Below, piece by piece: positions 10,506-24,659 of a stretch of 64,000 nucleotides of DNA (its first letter is position 1; every line of letters begins with the position of its first letter). The stretch is from Vicugna vicugna (lineage: Eukaryota). The stretch covers positions 1,428,001 through 1,492,000 of the forward strand of contig MU061538.1 in assembly GCA_013265495.1 (NCBI GenBank). Reading direction: 5' to 3'. The notes under the pieces were generated by a model. That model was not told the DNA's origin and did no database searches. It saw only the letters and a list, made by a program, of their open reading frames with translations. A program made the position numbers and the translations under genes.

Positions 10506-11751
10506 CACAGGAGGGCCTTGTAGAAACGACACACGGAACAGTGAGGATGAGGGTGGACGGTGCGCGGTCAGAGGACTGGGGCTACGACAGAGCTCAGCAC
10601 CGCCACTGACAGACACGGCGCTGGTGCCAGGAGATGCCGGTCCTGTTCCATCCCTGAGCTGGTCGCCTGGAGCCTTTGTCCTGGCGGGGAAAATGGTGGA
10701 ATGGCCCCTTTGGTCCAGGGTGGGTCAAGGTCAAGTGAAGGGCGTGTGCGGGCACTCAGACAGCCCTGCAAGACGGCTGCGATGAATGATGCTCTGATGC
10801 ATGGCAGGCCGTGGATGCCTTTCCCACGGGACTGCCCTGTAGTTGAAAACTAACAGAGCAGAGGAGGCTTCCCTGGAACTCTTGTCTGCGCCTCCCCCAG
10901 CACCCCGTCCTCAGGCTCCTGGCTGCATCCTCATCCCGCCTCTGAGTAGACATGTGGTCTCAGCTGAGGGATTTAACCCCTGTGGGTCAAAACAGCAGGA
11001 TCATCCCTCAGAACCTGCCGCCTGGAGCGGCTTCACTGTGTGCAGAGGGGAAGGCGTTTGAAGCACTGCCTGTTTTTTGTTTTGTTTTGTTTTTTCCCCT
11101 TCCTGGAACAGGAACAGATACATGTTACCCCGCGTAATTGGGTGCCAGGACTTTAAAAAATGACTTCTGTCAGCTGTGGCACGTTTAAACACCCCACCTA
11201 TTTCAGGAGACAGTTAACTTCTGTTTTCAAAAAAGATTTAATAAAGACGTGCGTGTTTGGACTTGCTGTGCGCCACTTGTGTCTGCAGCGGGCGCACAGG
11301 ACCGGCCCGTGACCGCGGCGGGGAGCTTGCTCTCCTGCGCTGGCTGCCCCTGGTTTTAACTCTTCGTTCATTTGCCACTTCCTTACGTCACTTGTAAACG
11401 TGGAGCTTGCACGTGGAGGCCCGGAGAACCCAGTGGGTATTTTTCAATCATCTAAAGACACTGGATCAGTCCAACACGGCCTCCCGCTGCAGCTCAGAGG
11501 TGGGGGACAGCGATCTGTTGTTTGGTACCAGCCTCTGGGTCCTCAAAGCACCCGCCGTGGAAATACCCTTTGGTCCTGCAAGCAGTTAAGATGCTATCTC
11601 TGTTCCAATCATCATTACAGGAGAGAGGAGTAATTTCAGGAGACTGTTAGCAGCACCCCCGAAACATCCTTATGAACTTTTCTTCTTTTGTGGTCCGTCT
11701 TTTATCAGGGCCTGTCTGCAGCCAGCATCTGGCCCGCCTGCCAGTGCATTT

Positions 11752-11862
11752 TAATAATAATAACACATTGCACTTTCCGAGCGCTCCTTTCATCCCGGAG
11801 CCTAGAGCACTTTGCAAACACTAATTAATTAGGCTCTGCACAGCTCCCTCTCTGAGGTGGTG
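11752..11862 (-). mobile_element. Ancient CORE-SINE tail (MIR3/MIR1_Amn-like)
   Basis: taataataataacacattgcactttccgagcgctcctttcatccc...agagcactttgcaaacactaattaatt...cacagctccctctctgaggtggtgag resembles the recalled antisense amniote MIR 3' end. Confidence 0.55.
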
Positions 11863-13766
11863 AGCCCTGTGCGGTGCAAGATGGCTCCAGCGGTTTTCCC
11901 AGGCTCGCCCACTCCTGAGCTTGAGCAGAAGCCCAGCAGAGGCGCCCTGCTGCAGGGGCCGCTGGGACGGAGGGCGGGACAGCTCCCGCCCTGAGAGCTG
12001 CCTGGCCCGGCCGCCCAGCCCCCACCTCTGCATCAGGTCCTGATGGCCACGGAGCCTGGCTGCATCCTCCGACTGGCTCCTTGATGGTTCTCCTGACGTG
12101 GGACTCGCCTCAGGGGTGAGACCAGAGCCGGTGCTGTGACCACCACCCGCTTATGCTGAAAAGCACAAGAACAAAAGAGCATTGGGGTTTCGAGGCCTGC
12201 TGCTGTGAAGGTCAGGCAGGGACAGGACACAGCAGCTCCAGGGTCCTGGGGCATCAAGGGAGTGAGCCTCACCACGGGGGTGTCACAGCCGCGTGGCCAG
12301 CCTGCAGGCTCCTGCGGCCACGCTGCCAAGGCGCAGCGCCCGAGGGTCTGTCCTGAGCCGGGCCCCGCGGCCCACAGCTGGAGCAGAGGTCGCAGGCACC
12401 AAGTCTCACTTCCTGTGGCCTCATCTTGTTGACATGGCAGCCACCCGCGTGGGTGAGAGCTGCTGCTGTGAAAGGTGTGACCTGGTGGCCCTGTGGGGAG
12501 AGGTGCTGGGGCTGAGGCTGAGGCCCGGGGAGGCCAGGCTGGAAGGAGGTGCTTCTGAAGGTCCAGGGGTGCGGGCGGGAGGAGCCTCCGGTCCTTGGCA
12601 GCACGTGGATGAGACGGCCTGCTGCCGCAGGGGCCTTGTTACGTGGTTTGGTTCTGACGATGCCTTTTGCTGTGGGTGTGCTTATCACGGTCCAGAGAGA
12701 GTTAGGGTGGAGTGACCACTCCCCTTCGCGGCTTAGGGCTTTGTTTCAGTTTGTCTGACAGTAAGAGCCACGTGGCCCGTTGGGTGACAGTCTAGTAGTC
12801 CCTGAGAGAGAGAAAGAGAACAAAAAGAAGTCTGAGGGCGGCTGCTCTCTGCAGCCAGAGAGGGCGTCTCTGCCGTCCGATTCCAGGACTGCAGGACGCC
12901 TCCATGCTCATACCCCCCAGGATGGATGGAGCATCCTAGGAGAATAAAGATCGTCTTTCAAGTGGCAGATGTGCGTGAGTGAGTGAGTGTGTATGTGTGA
13001 GCGTGCGGTTGTGTCCATGAGGATGTTTGTGCATGAGTGTGTCTGTAAGAGGGTTGAGGGTGCACAGCTGGGAGTGAGGGGGTGTCTGGGCCTGGGTGTG
13101 CATGGTCTTTGTCCATGAGTGGATCTGGTGTGAGCGCCTGCACACCGTTCTCAGATCTCGGGGGATCTTGTGACCACACATTTCTGGCTCCAAGAATGTG
13201 GCTGCCAGATGGAGCCCCCTTCCCCTCCTGGCCCTTCCTGTCCCCGGGTCCATTCTAGTTTGTGTTGTTCGAAGGGTCCCCAGTTTGCTGTCCCCCAGAA
13301 CCACTGAGAGGGCTTCCAGAGACCTCGTGCCCGCCCCCACACCCAGCAGTCAGTGATCGCAGGGTCTTGAGGTGGGACCCGGTGTTGGGACTCTAGAAGT
13401 CCCCCAGGGAAACCCAGGGTGTACCCAATTTGAGAATATGTGCTCTGGTTGGTTCTGTATCCTTGAGTGAAAACATTCTTTATCCCGAAAGCATCTTCCC
13501 TGTCAGCCACAGCCGGACTTTCAGACTTCTTCTTGTGGCTCAGATGGAGCTCTCCACTGGGCTTGCTCTGTCCGTCCAGCCTCAGCAGCTGCAGCGTCAG
13601 CGCCAACACCGCCTGTGAGTGGGACCCCAAGGCCCCCCTGAGAAGCGAAGGCCCTGGTCCCTGGACCCCGGCCCGCCAGCTGCGTTCCTACTCTTCCCCG
13701 GGTGTGCTCCTGCAGCGCTCCCTGTGCCAAGCCTTGTTTCCTGCTCTTTGTTTGAGATCTAGGGAT

Positions 13767-14550
13767 TTCTTTTTCTTTGTCAGAAGATTTTTTTAAACTG
13801 AAGTATAGACAATTTACAGTCTGTCAATTTCCAGTGTACAACATAATGTTTCAGTTGTACATATACATACATAAATTTATTTTCATATTCTTTTTCATAT
13901 AGGTTACTGCAATATATTAAATATAGTTCCCTCTACACAGAAGAAACTTGTTGTTTATCTATTTTATATACAGTAGTTAATATTTGCAAATCTCAAACTC
14001 CCAATTTATCCCTTCACACCACCTTTCCCGACTGGTAAGCATACATTTGTTTACCATGCCTCTGAGTCTGTTTCTGTTTTGTAGATGAGTTCAATAGGTT
14101 CTTCTTTTCTCTTTTTTTAGATTCCACATGTGAGTGACATCATATGGCATTTTTCTTTCTCTTTCTGACTTATTTCACTTAGTATGACGGTCTCCAGGTC
14201 CATCCATGTTGCTGCAGACGACAGGATTTCATTCTCCTTTTAATGGCCGAGTAATATTTCATTGTATAAATGTACCACGACTTCTTTATCCAGTCATCTG
14301 TCAGTGGACATTTAGGCTGTTTCCGTGTCTTGACTACTGTAAATAGTGCTTCTGTGAACATTGGGGTGCAGATGTCTTTTTGAATTAGAGTTCCCTCTGG
14401 ATATATGCCCAGAAGTGGAATTGCTGGATCATAGGGTAAGTCTATTTTTAGTCTTTTGAGGAACCTCCATGCTGTTTTCCACAGTGGCTGCACCAAACTA
14501 TGTTCCCACCCGCAGTGTAGTGTTCTCTTTTCTCCACAGCCTCTCCAGCA
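13767..14550 (-). mobile_element. 5'-truncated LINE-1 (ORF2 C-terminus + 3' UTR) with TSD
   Basis: ORF 14179-14703 contains [50 protein letters not shown] tttgagatct(a/g)gggat at 13751-13766 and 14551-14566. Confidence 0.95.
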
Positions 14551-15384
14551 TTTGAGATCTGGGGATATTTTGACAATGTCCATTTCAAGATGGTGCAGTC
14601 TTCCCCGATCATAGTTTCTTGGATTATCTTTCCAAAAATCTGTGAAAGAGAAGAGAAAGAAAGGACTCCTCCCGTGTTTCCCTTCTAACACAAAGTCCAC
14701 CACTTACCTGAGCCCCGTGAGCAATTCCGTGTGAGTCTGAGTGAATGTAAGTGTGGAAGTGTGTGAGTGTGCGTGTGCGTGCGTGCATGCGCACCGTGGT
14801 ACAAGCATCTCCTCTGGGGGCAGGGCCTCCTGCCTTGTCCCCGGGTCCCTCTGGCACAGGGCGGGCCGCTCTGTGGGGCAACCGCCGGTTGACCTAATGG
14901 AGCCAGTGCTGCTTCTGCGCCAGGTACTTCATCACAAAGCCTGTGAATAGCTGTGTATCCTCTGGGCTTGAGCATAAAGAGATGGACGCTCAGTGGGACC
15001 ACCATGGAGAGGCGGACACCTCCAGTACAGGTTGGCCGCAGCCAAGCCCCTGGTGTTCGGACGTCTGTGGGAAACTTGGAGTTACCGCCGTGCTCCGATT
15101 CTGAGAGAACAGCCAGCAGTCTGGGGGGATGTGAAATCCCGCTGAAACATTCCCCACATGGGCCGCTTCTGCCCCCTGGAAATTCCCTGGTTGCAGATCT
15201 GTGCCCTGCCCTGGGTGGGCTAGGAAAATCAGAGAGCGCCTCCAGGTGGATCGAAGCTTCCTCCAGCGCAGGCCTGAGCCAGGACAGATCCCACGGTGGG
15301 ACAGGTGGTGGGAGGCAAGGTGGCCCCACGGCAGCCCGACCTCCAGCCTCCTCTTAGCTCTGGAGGCCTGTGCTGGCTGAAGGA

Positions 15385-15575
15385 AGCATCAGGGAACCTG
15401 GATTTGGGTCTTGCCTTCGCCTAGAACTCATTATATTGAGCAAACCCCTTATTTTTTTCCTTCTGAGATTCTTCATTTGTGAAATGAGAACTAAGTATTA
15501 GCTCACAGACTTACGGTCATGTTCCCGAAATGATGAGTTGTAAAGAATTCTGAAGACTCTCTAAAGTGAACACTA
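15385..15575 (+). mobile_element. MIR SINE, degenerate
   Basis: gaacctggatttgggtcttgcc...ttgagcaaacccctta...ttcttcatttgtgaaatgag...tgtaaagaattctgaa. Confidence 0.6.
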
Positions 15576-16127
15576 CCTTGTCATGTGATTTTTTAAAAAC
15601 ACACCATGCTTATCGGTTGGGCCCCCTAGTCAAATAGTCAACAGTGAAGAGTTAAATTAGCTTGTTAGATGCTTTACGATCATACGTTGCAAGTCTGAGT
15701 GATAGAAAGGGCAGGTTTGGGGTTTATTATTAAGAGGTCTGTTGATTTTTTAAATAGATTTTATGTGGGTCTTGGTATGTGCCTGCCATACTTTAATTCG
15801 GATTTTAATTGTAATTCTTCTGTGATTTTTGGAGCTGTTTACCATGGTGTGAGCGCAGCACTCCCTTCCTCCCACTGAGGGCCGCTGGTTAAGCTGCTCC
15901 TGTGCAGAAGCTCTTCTCTGAAGGGCTCAGACCTTTTACAGGAATGAGGGCATTTGGAACCATTGTTAAATGAGGGTTCATTCAGCCTGAGATTTTTTGG
16001 ACAGTTGAGGGGCCAGATGGAGAAAATTTTGCCGTTTCCCACACTATAGAGATGTCTGCGTTTTAATTAGTACCAAGGAGACCTAAAGCCACAATCCAAA
16101 GAAATAGCTGTTCAATGGCACAATTTT

Positions 16128-16345
16128 TTTGAGATTTTCAGATGTTAACCACTATATATAAAAGTAGATAAAAAACAAGTTTCTTCTGTGCAGCACAGGG
16201 AACTGTCTTCAGTATCTTGTAAAAACCTTTAATGAAAGAACATGAGAACGAATATAGGTACGCATACCCATGACGGGGACACTGTGCCGTGCACCAGAAA
16301 CTGGCACGTTGTAACTGACTGCATTTCAATTAAAAAAAAAAAAAG
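16128..16345 (+). mobile_element. LINE-1 3' UTR fragment with A tail
   Basis: tgagattttcagatgttaaccactatatataaa...cagcacagggaactg...catgacggggacactgtg...gtaactgactgcatttcaattaaaaaaaaaaaa. Confidence 0.92.
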
Positions 16346-16421
16346 AAAGCACACATGGGGGAGTGCTTTTTGTCCGTTTGTTTGGTGATATTTGGAAGTC
16401 TGCTCTCCTCTTTCCCTGGAC

Positions 16422-17800
16422 GTGTTTATTGAGGTCTAACTTACATACAGTAAAATGTGCCCCTTTAAATGTGCAGTTCAGTGAGTTTTGACAGACGTTT
16501 GTAGTGTAATCACGGTGACCACAGCCAGTGTGGAAAACACTTCCACCGCCTGCCGAGTTCCTCCTGCCCTTTGTGGTAAGCTTCCTTTTCCTGACCAAGA
16601 CCCTGGGCCGCGGATCTGATCTCTTGTGCCTCTAGTTCACCTCCTCTAAACTGGTCTGTTCATAGCATCTGAAAGCGTGTAGGCTTTTTTAAAATTGAAG
16701 TATAGTCAGTTTACAAGGACATACATATATTTGTTTTCAGAACAGGATACCACAAGATATTGAATATAGTTCCCTGTGCTGTACAGTAGGGCCTTGTTTT
16801 TTCGTCTATTTTATATACAGTAGTGTATCTGCAAATATTAAACTCCCAATTTATGCCTTCCCACCCTCTTTCCCCCGGGTAAACATAAGTTTGTTTTCTA
16901 TGTGAGTCTGTTTCTGTTTTGTAAATATGTTCATTTGTGACTTTTTTTGTTTGTTTCTTTGGTTCCACATATAAGTGGATCATATGGTATTTTTCTTTCG
17001 TTTTCTGGCTAACTTCATTTAGAACGATCATCTCCAGGTCCATCCATGTTGCTGCAAGTGGCATTATTTTATGCTCTTTTATGACTGAGTAGTGTTCCAC
17101 TGTATAAATACAATGTAGGCTTTTAAGTCTGGCTTCTGTCACTCAGCGGAAAGCTTTTGAAGGTCACCCGCGGGGCTGTGTGGACGAAAGCGCCTTATCT
17201 CCCCTCGTTTCTGAGTAGCATTCTGTTGCGCCATGTCTGGTGATTCGTTCATCCATCCACCAGTGAGGGACTGTGGGACTGTTTCGCTGTGGGGCTGCTA
17301 TGAGTAAGGCGGATCGGACGTTCACTACGGGTCTCTGTGTGAAGGTGTACTTCTGTCGCTCTGGGGAAAATGCCTGGAATGGGAAGGACTGCTAAGTTTA
17401 TGTTCAACTTCATAAGAAAATGCCAGCCTGTATTCCAAAGTCGTTGTTCCATTTGGCGTTCCCTCCAAAAACATGTGCGCATTCCGCGTGCCAGCGTTTG
17501 CTGGAAACTTAGTCAGTCTGGTAGGGGTATAGTGCCGCCTCATTGCAATTTTAATTGCATTTTCCTAATGCCAAGCGGTGAGCGTTTTTTCATGGGCTTC
17601 CTTGCTGTCTGTACGTCTTCTTCGGTGGAGTGTCTGTTGAACTCTCCAGCCCCCTCTTTCAAAAGTGAGACCGTCTCCCGACCGAGCCGTGAGTCCCTCC
17701 TAGCGCCTGGCTCGAGCTCTTGGTTGATCTGTGTTCTGCAGACATGCTCCCCCAATTGGTTTCTCCCCTTTCATTTCCTTCATGGCCTGTCAAAGAGCAC
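16422..17800 (-). mobile_element. Old L1ME-like 3' end/ORF2 end (host of a nested L1)
   Basis: tttattgaggtctaacttacatacagtaaaatgtgcccctttaaatgtgcagttcagtgagttttgaca ... gtctggcttctgtcactcagc ... ttttaattgcattttcctaatg; ORF 17540-17755 ends PMKKRSPLGIRKMQLK, like L1 HMKRCS.SL.IREMQIK. Confidence 0.85.
16689..17113 (-). mobile_element. Lineage-specific L1 3' end nested in L1ME, 11-bp TSD
   Basis: tgtaggctttt at 16678-16688 and 17114-17124, followed by aa (TT/AAAA on the minus strand); ORF 16711-17142 has KIMPLAATWMDLEMIVLNEVSQ. Confidence 0.93.
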
Positions 17801-18439
17801 GTGGCTCACGCCCTGGACTTCAGTGTGTATGATGTGTCGAGCTATATCTATTTTCTCTCAGCAGAAATCTCTCCCCAGAAGCTGTCTAGTGAAGAGGCCC
17901 AGGCTTCTCACTTCATGGGCTTTATCGAGTACTGCTTTTAAAATCTGACTCTTTAATTGGCAGAGGATGCTATCGCATTATTGTCTTCTGTCGAATGTAG
18001 TTTCTGATGAGCGAGACGGAACGTGATTCCTGCTTTTTGGCCGCGTGTCTTCCCCGGGGGGGCCTTGCTCGGGGCCTGCAGACTCGCGTGTCTGCAGGGC
18101 TCTCCGTGCTTTTTCTTACTGATTTCAACGGAACCTCCAGAAAGCACGAAGCCATAATGATGAGAAAGGGCCACTTATTTGTCCCTGTTTTGATGAGGGC
18201 AACTTTGTTATTTTCTTACTAAGTAGTTACTCTTCACGTTTCAAATAATAAAATTTGGAAAAAAACACTTTTTTAAAAAGAAATGAAATCAGGAGTGCTT
18301 CTCAGCAGTTGCCCTCTGGGTATGTTCCCAGCTTCACACCACCCTGTTCCTGGGATAATTGCAGTGTGCTCGCTATGCGGGATACTTCTCATCCACTCGT
18401 GAAACAAACATCCGGTAAGACAGAAGTTAAGATTTCTGA

Positions 18440-18545
18440 ACGTCAACTTGTGACGTGCATCACTGAAAAAGAAAAACCATTCGGCCACCTCAGAAAAAGT
18501 TTTGACAACGTTCAAGACCCATTCATGGTTTAAAAAATTCTCAGC
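18440..18545 (+). mobile_element. Old L1 ORF2 (RT) fragment
   Basis: ORF end KEKPFGHLRKSFDNVQDPFMV resembles L1 RT K.KNH...AEKAFDKIQHPFMI. Confidence 0.6.
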
Positions 18546-21500
18546 GGACTGAATAGCTCTGTCTCAATGTGTAGACCTAGGGGGCTGTGTGCGTGGGGTC
18601 TTTGCCCTCCCAGGGCCGTGAGCACCAGGAGGGCAGGGCCGGCGTCCCCTTTACCGTCTCCGGGGGACTGCCAAGCCACAGGTGCCCCAGCAGCAGCAGC
18701 CAGCCGGGTGACTCTCGTTCATTTTCCCGGGAGAAGTTTCAGGACAGCCGTAAGCGGGAGAGGGCGTGAGGAGGGAGGTGAGGCTTGAGCTGGGATGGGA
18801 GGGTGGGGACAGGCGGGGACCACCGCGGGTGAGTGGGGGGTGTCCCTGAGGTGCTTTGGGCCCTGGGCCCGGCCAGCCGCGGCTGACCATATGAACTGAA
18901 GGGTTGTGGAAAACAGGAGTGCCTGCTTTGTCTGGGCCACCACAGAGGTTCTTGAAAGGAGAAAGAGAAATTGGGTCATCTTGTGTTAGCAAGTGAAATC
19001 TGAAGCGTTTAGAGTGGGGAGGGCTTCCTTTTTTAAAGTAGGATCTGGCTTTGAGATCTGTAAGCACATTTTCAAAAGGCATCGTCCAGCTCCTTGTGGT
19101 CCAGCCAGGGTCAGCTCACGGTGGCCTCGAGGGCCTGCCTTGCCACTAACGCTTTGGAAATAGTTCATTGCCATAGAAACAGAACACGTTCACTGTGAGT
19201 GCCCGTGACCGAAGGAATCAAACTGCAAAATAATCTAAAAATCTGTTACAAAAATCTAAATTTGTATTTCTCTTAGTGCCGGTATAAGATTAATTGAATG
19301 ATGTCTTCTCGGAGAGCAAGTAGGCAAAGGCTGTAAAATCCTGTGTCCTTTTTTTGTCTTTAAATTAAGGAGAACCTAGCCCTTTAATGGTTGATGCGCG
19401 TCAGGACACGGGGAAGCCCCTGGGGATGGCGGTGGGGCGGGGCCTGAGGCCCAGCGCTACGTCCCGCAAAGACAGTGGAGCCTCGCTTGCGCCGCTCTCC
19501 CTCCCATTCGGCAGGAGATTAATTCCTAGCTTTTTGAGATTTTCCCTCTTTTTTTTGGAGCACAGTGGGGCTACTGACTGAAATGTTGAAAGTTTGTGAG
19601 CGACTCCCAGAGTGGCGGTGTCAGCCGTGTATTCTTGCAAGCTCAAGTATGATGAGGATTTTAGGGCCCCTGAGGGAGCCTGGTTACCCTTGTGGGAAAG
19701 ATTCTGGTTTCCTGGGAGACGCTTGGAGGCTGAAAGTCTCTGAAACCTCTTAAGCGGTGGACTGACGGCAGAAGAATTTCCTTGAGCCTAGGAGGACTCT
19801 GAGACATCAGGGAGCCAGCAGCACGGGCCCAGCTGAGGCTCTCCCAGTCCCCGGGGGTCTGCGCCAGGGGTCAGGGGAGGGGATGGAGAAGAAGGAACCA
19901 AGTCTAGGGTCCATCTCAGCCGAGGTGCTGTGACCAGCAGAGCCCACGGCTGTTCCTTAGCAGGTTTAGGAAAGGCATTGACCTCAGATGGAGGCTGCGG
20001 GCACATCCAGCTGCCAGCCAGCAGGGAGGGAGGCATGGGGAGGGGCCTGGGGTCCAGAAGACCAAGAGGAGATACCATCCAGGGAACCCTCAACCAGACA
20101 GAAGGCATGAGTTGGAGCTTCACGTGTCGGCTTTGCTCCCGAGAGCAGCCCAAGGAAAACTGTCGCCGACTGCCATCGCGCACTGTTGCTCAGAGTTGCG
20201 CCCCCACGCCGGGGAGCTGCCCTTCGCACAGCTGGATCAAAACACCGGGCCTGGTGGGTGTTCCAGGCCGGCATCCTGGACGCCCACCCCGACTCCCCAG
20301 CCTGGAGACGCATCTCTGCATGGGGGCGGGGATGTGGGCACACACGGGCTTATTCGCTTCTGCTGCTGCTGCTGCGTCCTCCTGAGCGCTCCCTCTGCCA
20401 GCAATCTGCCTTAACTTGAGGGCACGCAGAATACAACAGATGAGTTATAAGGGAGGAGAAGCCATACTAAAACCCCAGTGTTACCAACAATAGAATTATT
20501 TGTTCTTGGCTTTTTCTGCTAAGCAGCAGCAAGGAACGATTCATGCTCTTGCTAATTCATTTAACGATGGGCCGGCTCAGTCAGCCCGCAGCAGCTTCCC
20601 ACGGGGCTTCAGTGTTCCCTAAGTCTGTGGCCTGCCTACAGCATGTGGTTCAGGGCAAGCGCCTGACTGCACCTGACAGAACCCCAGGCAGCTCGGACGC
20701 CCATGCAAGGGTCTTCAACTCTTTCTTCAGTTTGCCTTCTGCTTTGAAGACATCAAAGGACACTTCTGCATGAAACCTGGGGCAGGAGGAGCACGTGGGT
20801 CTCTCTAAAGGGGCCAGAGGGATGGTGAGCACGAGCTGCGTGCTGTCCTCTTGGTCTGCAGGGAGACGTGGCAGACCAGTGGGGATGAAGTGTGGACCCT
20901 CCTCGCAGGCTCCCATCACCGCTGCCTGCCCCTGCCCCGGTGCCGCTCTCCTCCGGCCCGGGAGGCCATGGACTTTTTTTAGCTTTTGCTTGCTAAAGGG
21001 AGCTTTGGGGCTTCTGTGAAGATTGGCACCTGAGTCTTAACTAGTTTCTGAGCCCACGAGAGCGAGGTCAGCCTCCTGGCTCTGCTGAGACTGCTGCTCG
21101 GGTCATCCTGAGATGTTGGCCGCTCTCCTTAATGCAGGCCCAGTCTGGAAGACGAGCCTTTTTACGGACTCAGTGCCCTGCTAAGCTGTGAGCGTTTTCA
21201 CAGGGCCCCGCAGGGAATGCGGAGCGACTGCGGCCTGGGCCCCCCAGGCCTGGCGGGACTGGGGTTTTGTCGAGCCGCCCTCTCTGGCCGTGGCACCCAG
21301 TGGGCTTTTTGCTGGGGGTCACATTGCAACAGGGTGGAGTCCGCACCCATGATGCCCGAGAACCGCGTCCTGGCTGACAGGCAGGACACAGCAGCGAGGC
21401 CGGTGGCTGGTTCTCACAGGGACATTCCGGGAGACGCAGACGCTAGACTTGCTTTCTCTGCAGGACAGCAGCCCTGCCCGCCGCTCTGCAGTCGAGGCCG

Positions 21501-24500
21501 ATGTGATGTTGGCAATATGGATGGTGGCCTGTCCCGAGCAATCACGGCATCCCTCAGGGCAGCTGGAAATCCATCTTTCAGAGAAGCAGTCTGTGCGCCG
21601 GCTTTCAGAGTGGGTTTTTGGCTAGGGACAGCAGCATGCCCTGGGCGTAAATATGGGGATGGTGGCCACTGGTGTCTGTCGGTAAGAAGCCCGTGGAGCC
21701 AACTGAGAGTGGGGCGTGCAGTGCTGGGGGTGTGTGGGGGGTGTGCTGTGAGTGTGGACGCCTCCAGGGAAGGCGTCTGGGGCTGCCCTTCGGGAACTTG
21801 CCGCACCCGCTCCAGAGCACCTGCCTCGCGTCTGTGCTCAGGAGGACGGCGTATCTTCTAAATAAGGAGGGCGCCCAACGCCAGGGCCACGCTCTTCCCG
21901 CACGTCGTCCGGCCCTCTCACTGCTGTCGGCGCTGGAGTCAGGGATGCTGAAGCTGCCCTCTTGGGTCCCAACCAGCAGCCTGCGCGTCTCCCTCCCCCG
22001 TCTCCCCCGAGTCCGGGCTGACCTCCGGTCGGCTCTCAGATGGCTGTGAGGGCTGCCTGGGGCAGCGGTCGGCAAGGAGACCCTCGTCTGCGTCCCAGCT
22101 GGGTCTCCAGAACATACCCGGGGCCTTCCTGCAGGTCCGCGGGAGAGAAGAGCGCCCCTGGGCGCCGCGTGGCTGGTTCCCTTGGGTTTTGTCTTTTCAG
22201 CTGGATCCCCTGAAACATCAGGCGCGGGCAGCGTCTGCATTCAGCGGGAAGCCTCCCTCAGTTCAGGAAGCAATGCTGGTGGGGTTTCCTCTTTGACTTA
22301 AGCGTGTCCTTTGTTTCTGACACTTTTAAAAGGGTCTTCGAGATCAAAGACGTTCCTACACACCTGTTCCAACATCATTTTCAATGGCTGTTGACCCATT
22401 CTTTGAGATTTTTATTTTATGCAGGTGCTTTTTCTTTTCACTTAGATTATAGCATTAACCTGAACAAAACCAGAGTCTGCGCATTCGCGTGGGCGTAGAC
22501 ACAGGACACCAGGCACGTGACGCTGGAGAGCACGCCTACAGAGACCCGAGCGCTGGCTCCCTGCTGCTGCTGCGCTGGGCCCTGAACGCTCTGTTGATGA
22601 CCTTGTATTAACAGTAACCTGAGTAACTCCGAGGGGTTAGCACAAGAAGAGGAGACGAGTTTACGAGGAGACGTCTGTTTCCCGTGGGGGTGCCTCTGGG
22701 CCTGGTCATCGGCGTTCTTTCATGTGCAGTCAAAGAGACGAGCCAACCTTCAGCATCTCGATGCCCTTTAAGAGCCTTTGGTCGGAGAAAATTGGATAGT
22801 TGGCCACCACGCAGCACAAAGCATGCCCACACGGTCTCGTCCCCCAGTGGAGGGTCTCAGTGCTCGTGTGGAATTACGGTAAATCACAACGGAAGGCAAA
22901 CCCACAGCTTTCTCTCCTGAAGCGAAGGGCTGCGTTCGATTGCGGTACCTTCTATCCTGGCCCCCGAGTGAGTTTCCCACATTTAGCTTCTGTTCTGTTC
23001 AGTGGAAATCAGGGTTCCTGGGCCAGCCCTTCGGGCACTGGCTGCTCCCTGGGCCGCCCTCAGAGTCCGGTCCGCAGCTCCTGGCTGGTGGTGTTTCGTA
23101 GGAATCCCAGACCTGCCGCATTGGGCCTGACACACGGTCTCCTGGCCCCGGGTCTGAGGGGTCGCAGGAGGCTGGCCTGGCCGCTGCCCGGGAGCCAGCC
23201 CCTCGCCCTCTGGGCCCCATGGAGTCCAGCCTCTGACTCCCCGAGTCTTCCGAGGGTGTGCTCTCATGCTCACAGCTTTCCTCCAGTGCCGGGCGTGCTC
23301 GGAAAGGCACTTACAGGTTGTCTTCCCCCAGGGCTCCGGGTCTCGGAGTCCAGAAACCACGTGTGCAGCGCCGCCGCCTTCAGGAACGCGCGCAGCCTGG
23401 CGCACCCCGGGAAGCCATCGCCATGGCGATGCCCGGGCCTAGCCGCCTCCTGCTGACGTCCCCCGGTTCTCGTTCCGCTGGTGGTGACGGCTGCTGTTTC
23501 CATGGCCGTGAGAGAGGCCGCAGTGCTGTGAGGTCCCGGTTTCTACCCCAGGGGTGGTGCCACTGCTACGCCGGGTGTGCGCATCTCCAGGGCCGCCGGG
23601 CTCTCGGCGCCGACGTGCGAGGCCGTGGGAGCCGGCGTGTTCCCCAGAAGGCCCTTCCCTGCGTCGCCCCGGGCTGTGGGGCCCGATGGGACGCTGAGAG
23701 AAGGAGGTGGGGGCTGCCTGGGCTTCTCGCCATGTCAGACTCGGGAGATTCGAGCAGGGGGAGCCCTGCCAGGCTGATGGCAGCAGCCAGGCTCACAGCC
23801 GCCCAGCTCCAGCGCCGCCCTCTGACCGCCTCTGCCCTTGACCCCTGGGGTGGGGAGCGCCAGCTTCTCCTACAGGTCCCCCTGTGAACTTGGGGGTGTT
23901 CACCCTTTTGATGGTTCATTTAGAATTTCTTCCCCCCAGGGCTTTGGCATTTCTCAGTTGAAGAATTTCTTTTTCTCTCTCTCTCTGCTCCTTCCAATCC
24001 CTGCTACCTCTTAATAATTCCAGTACTTTCTACTCAGTATTTCCTTCCATTACGTGTTTCCTGAGATCCAGGAGCCTCCACGTCTTCTGTAAACACCTCG
24101 TCTCCATCCATAAAGTTACACGAGGACCTAGGGAAACAGGGCAGGGTGTCACAAAATGCCACTGCCCGCCGCCCCACTCCCAACAGGCAGCCTTGGGGGG
24201 TCACTCACAACCCAGACAAGTACAGTAGCAGGAAAAAATTAACACTAAATTCAGAAGCAATCACCCCTGCCTTCCATAAATCCCTCCCGAGAGGCTGCAT
24301 TCCTGCTTCCCGCCCGCAAGCGCAGGCAGGGCTGTCGGCCCCGTTTTACGGACGCCAGGCTCTGGGGAATGAGGATGGCGGTTTCTGCGTGACCGCGGTG
24401 TTGGAGCAGGGACCTGGCTGGGTCTGACTCCTTAGGCTGGGGCTTCTGCACCCTCGACGGTCCAGGCTCACAGCCGCAGTAGGAACTCCCGCCTTGCTTG

Positions 24501-24659
24501 GGGCTTTCTTCTCTCCAGTTTAGTCTTACATGCTCGCTGTCGGCGCGGAGGTTGAGGGTGTTGCCCGTGGTCCAGCCGGGGTGGAGCCCCTGACCCCCGT
24601 GCCTGTCCCACCAGACCTCGTCCTTTATCCGGAGGGCTTTCTGGGGCCCCCTTTGTGGA

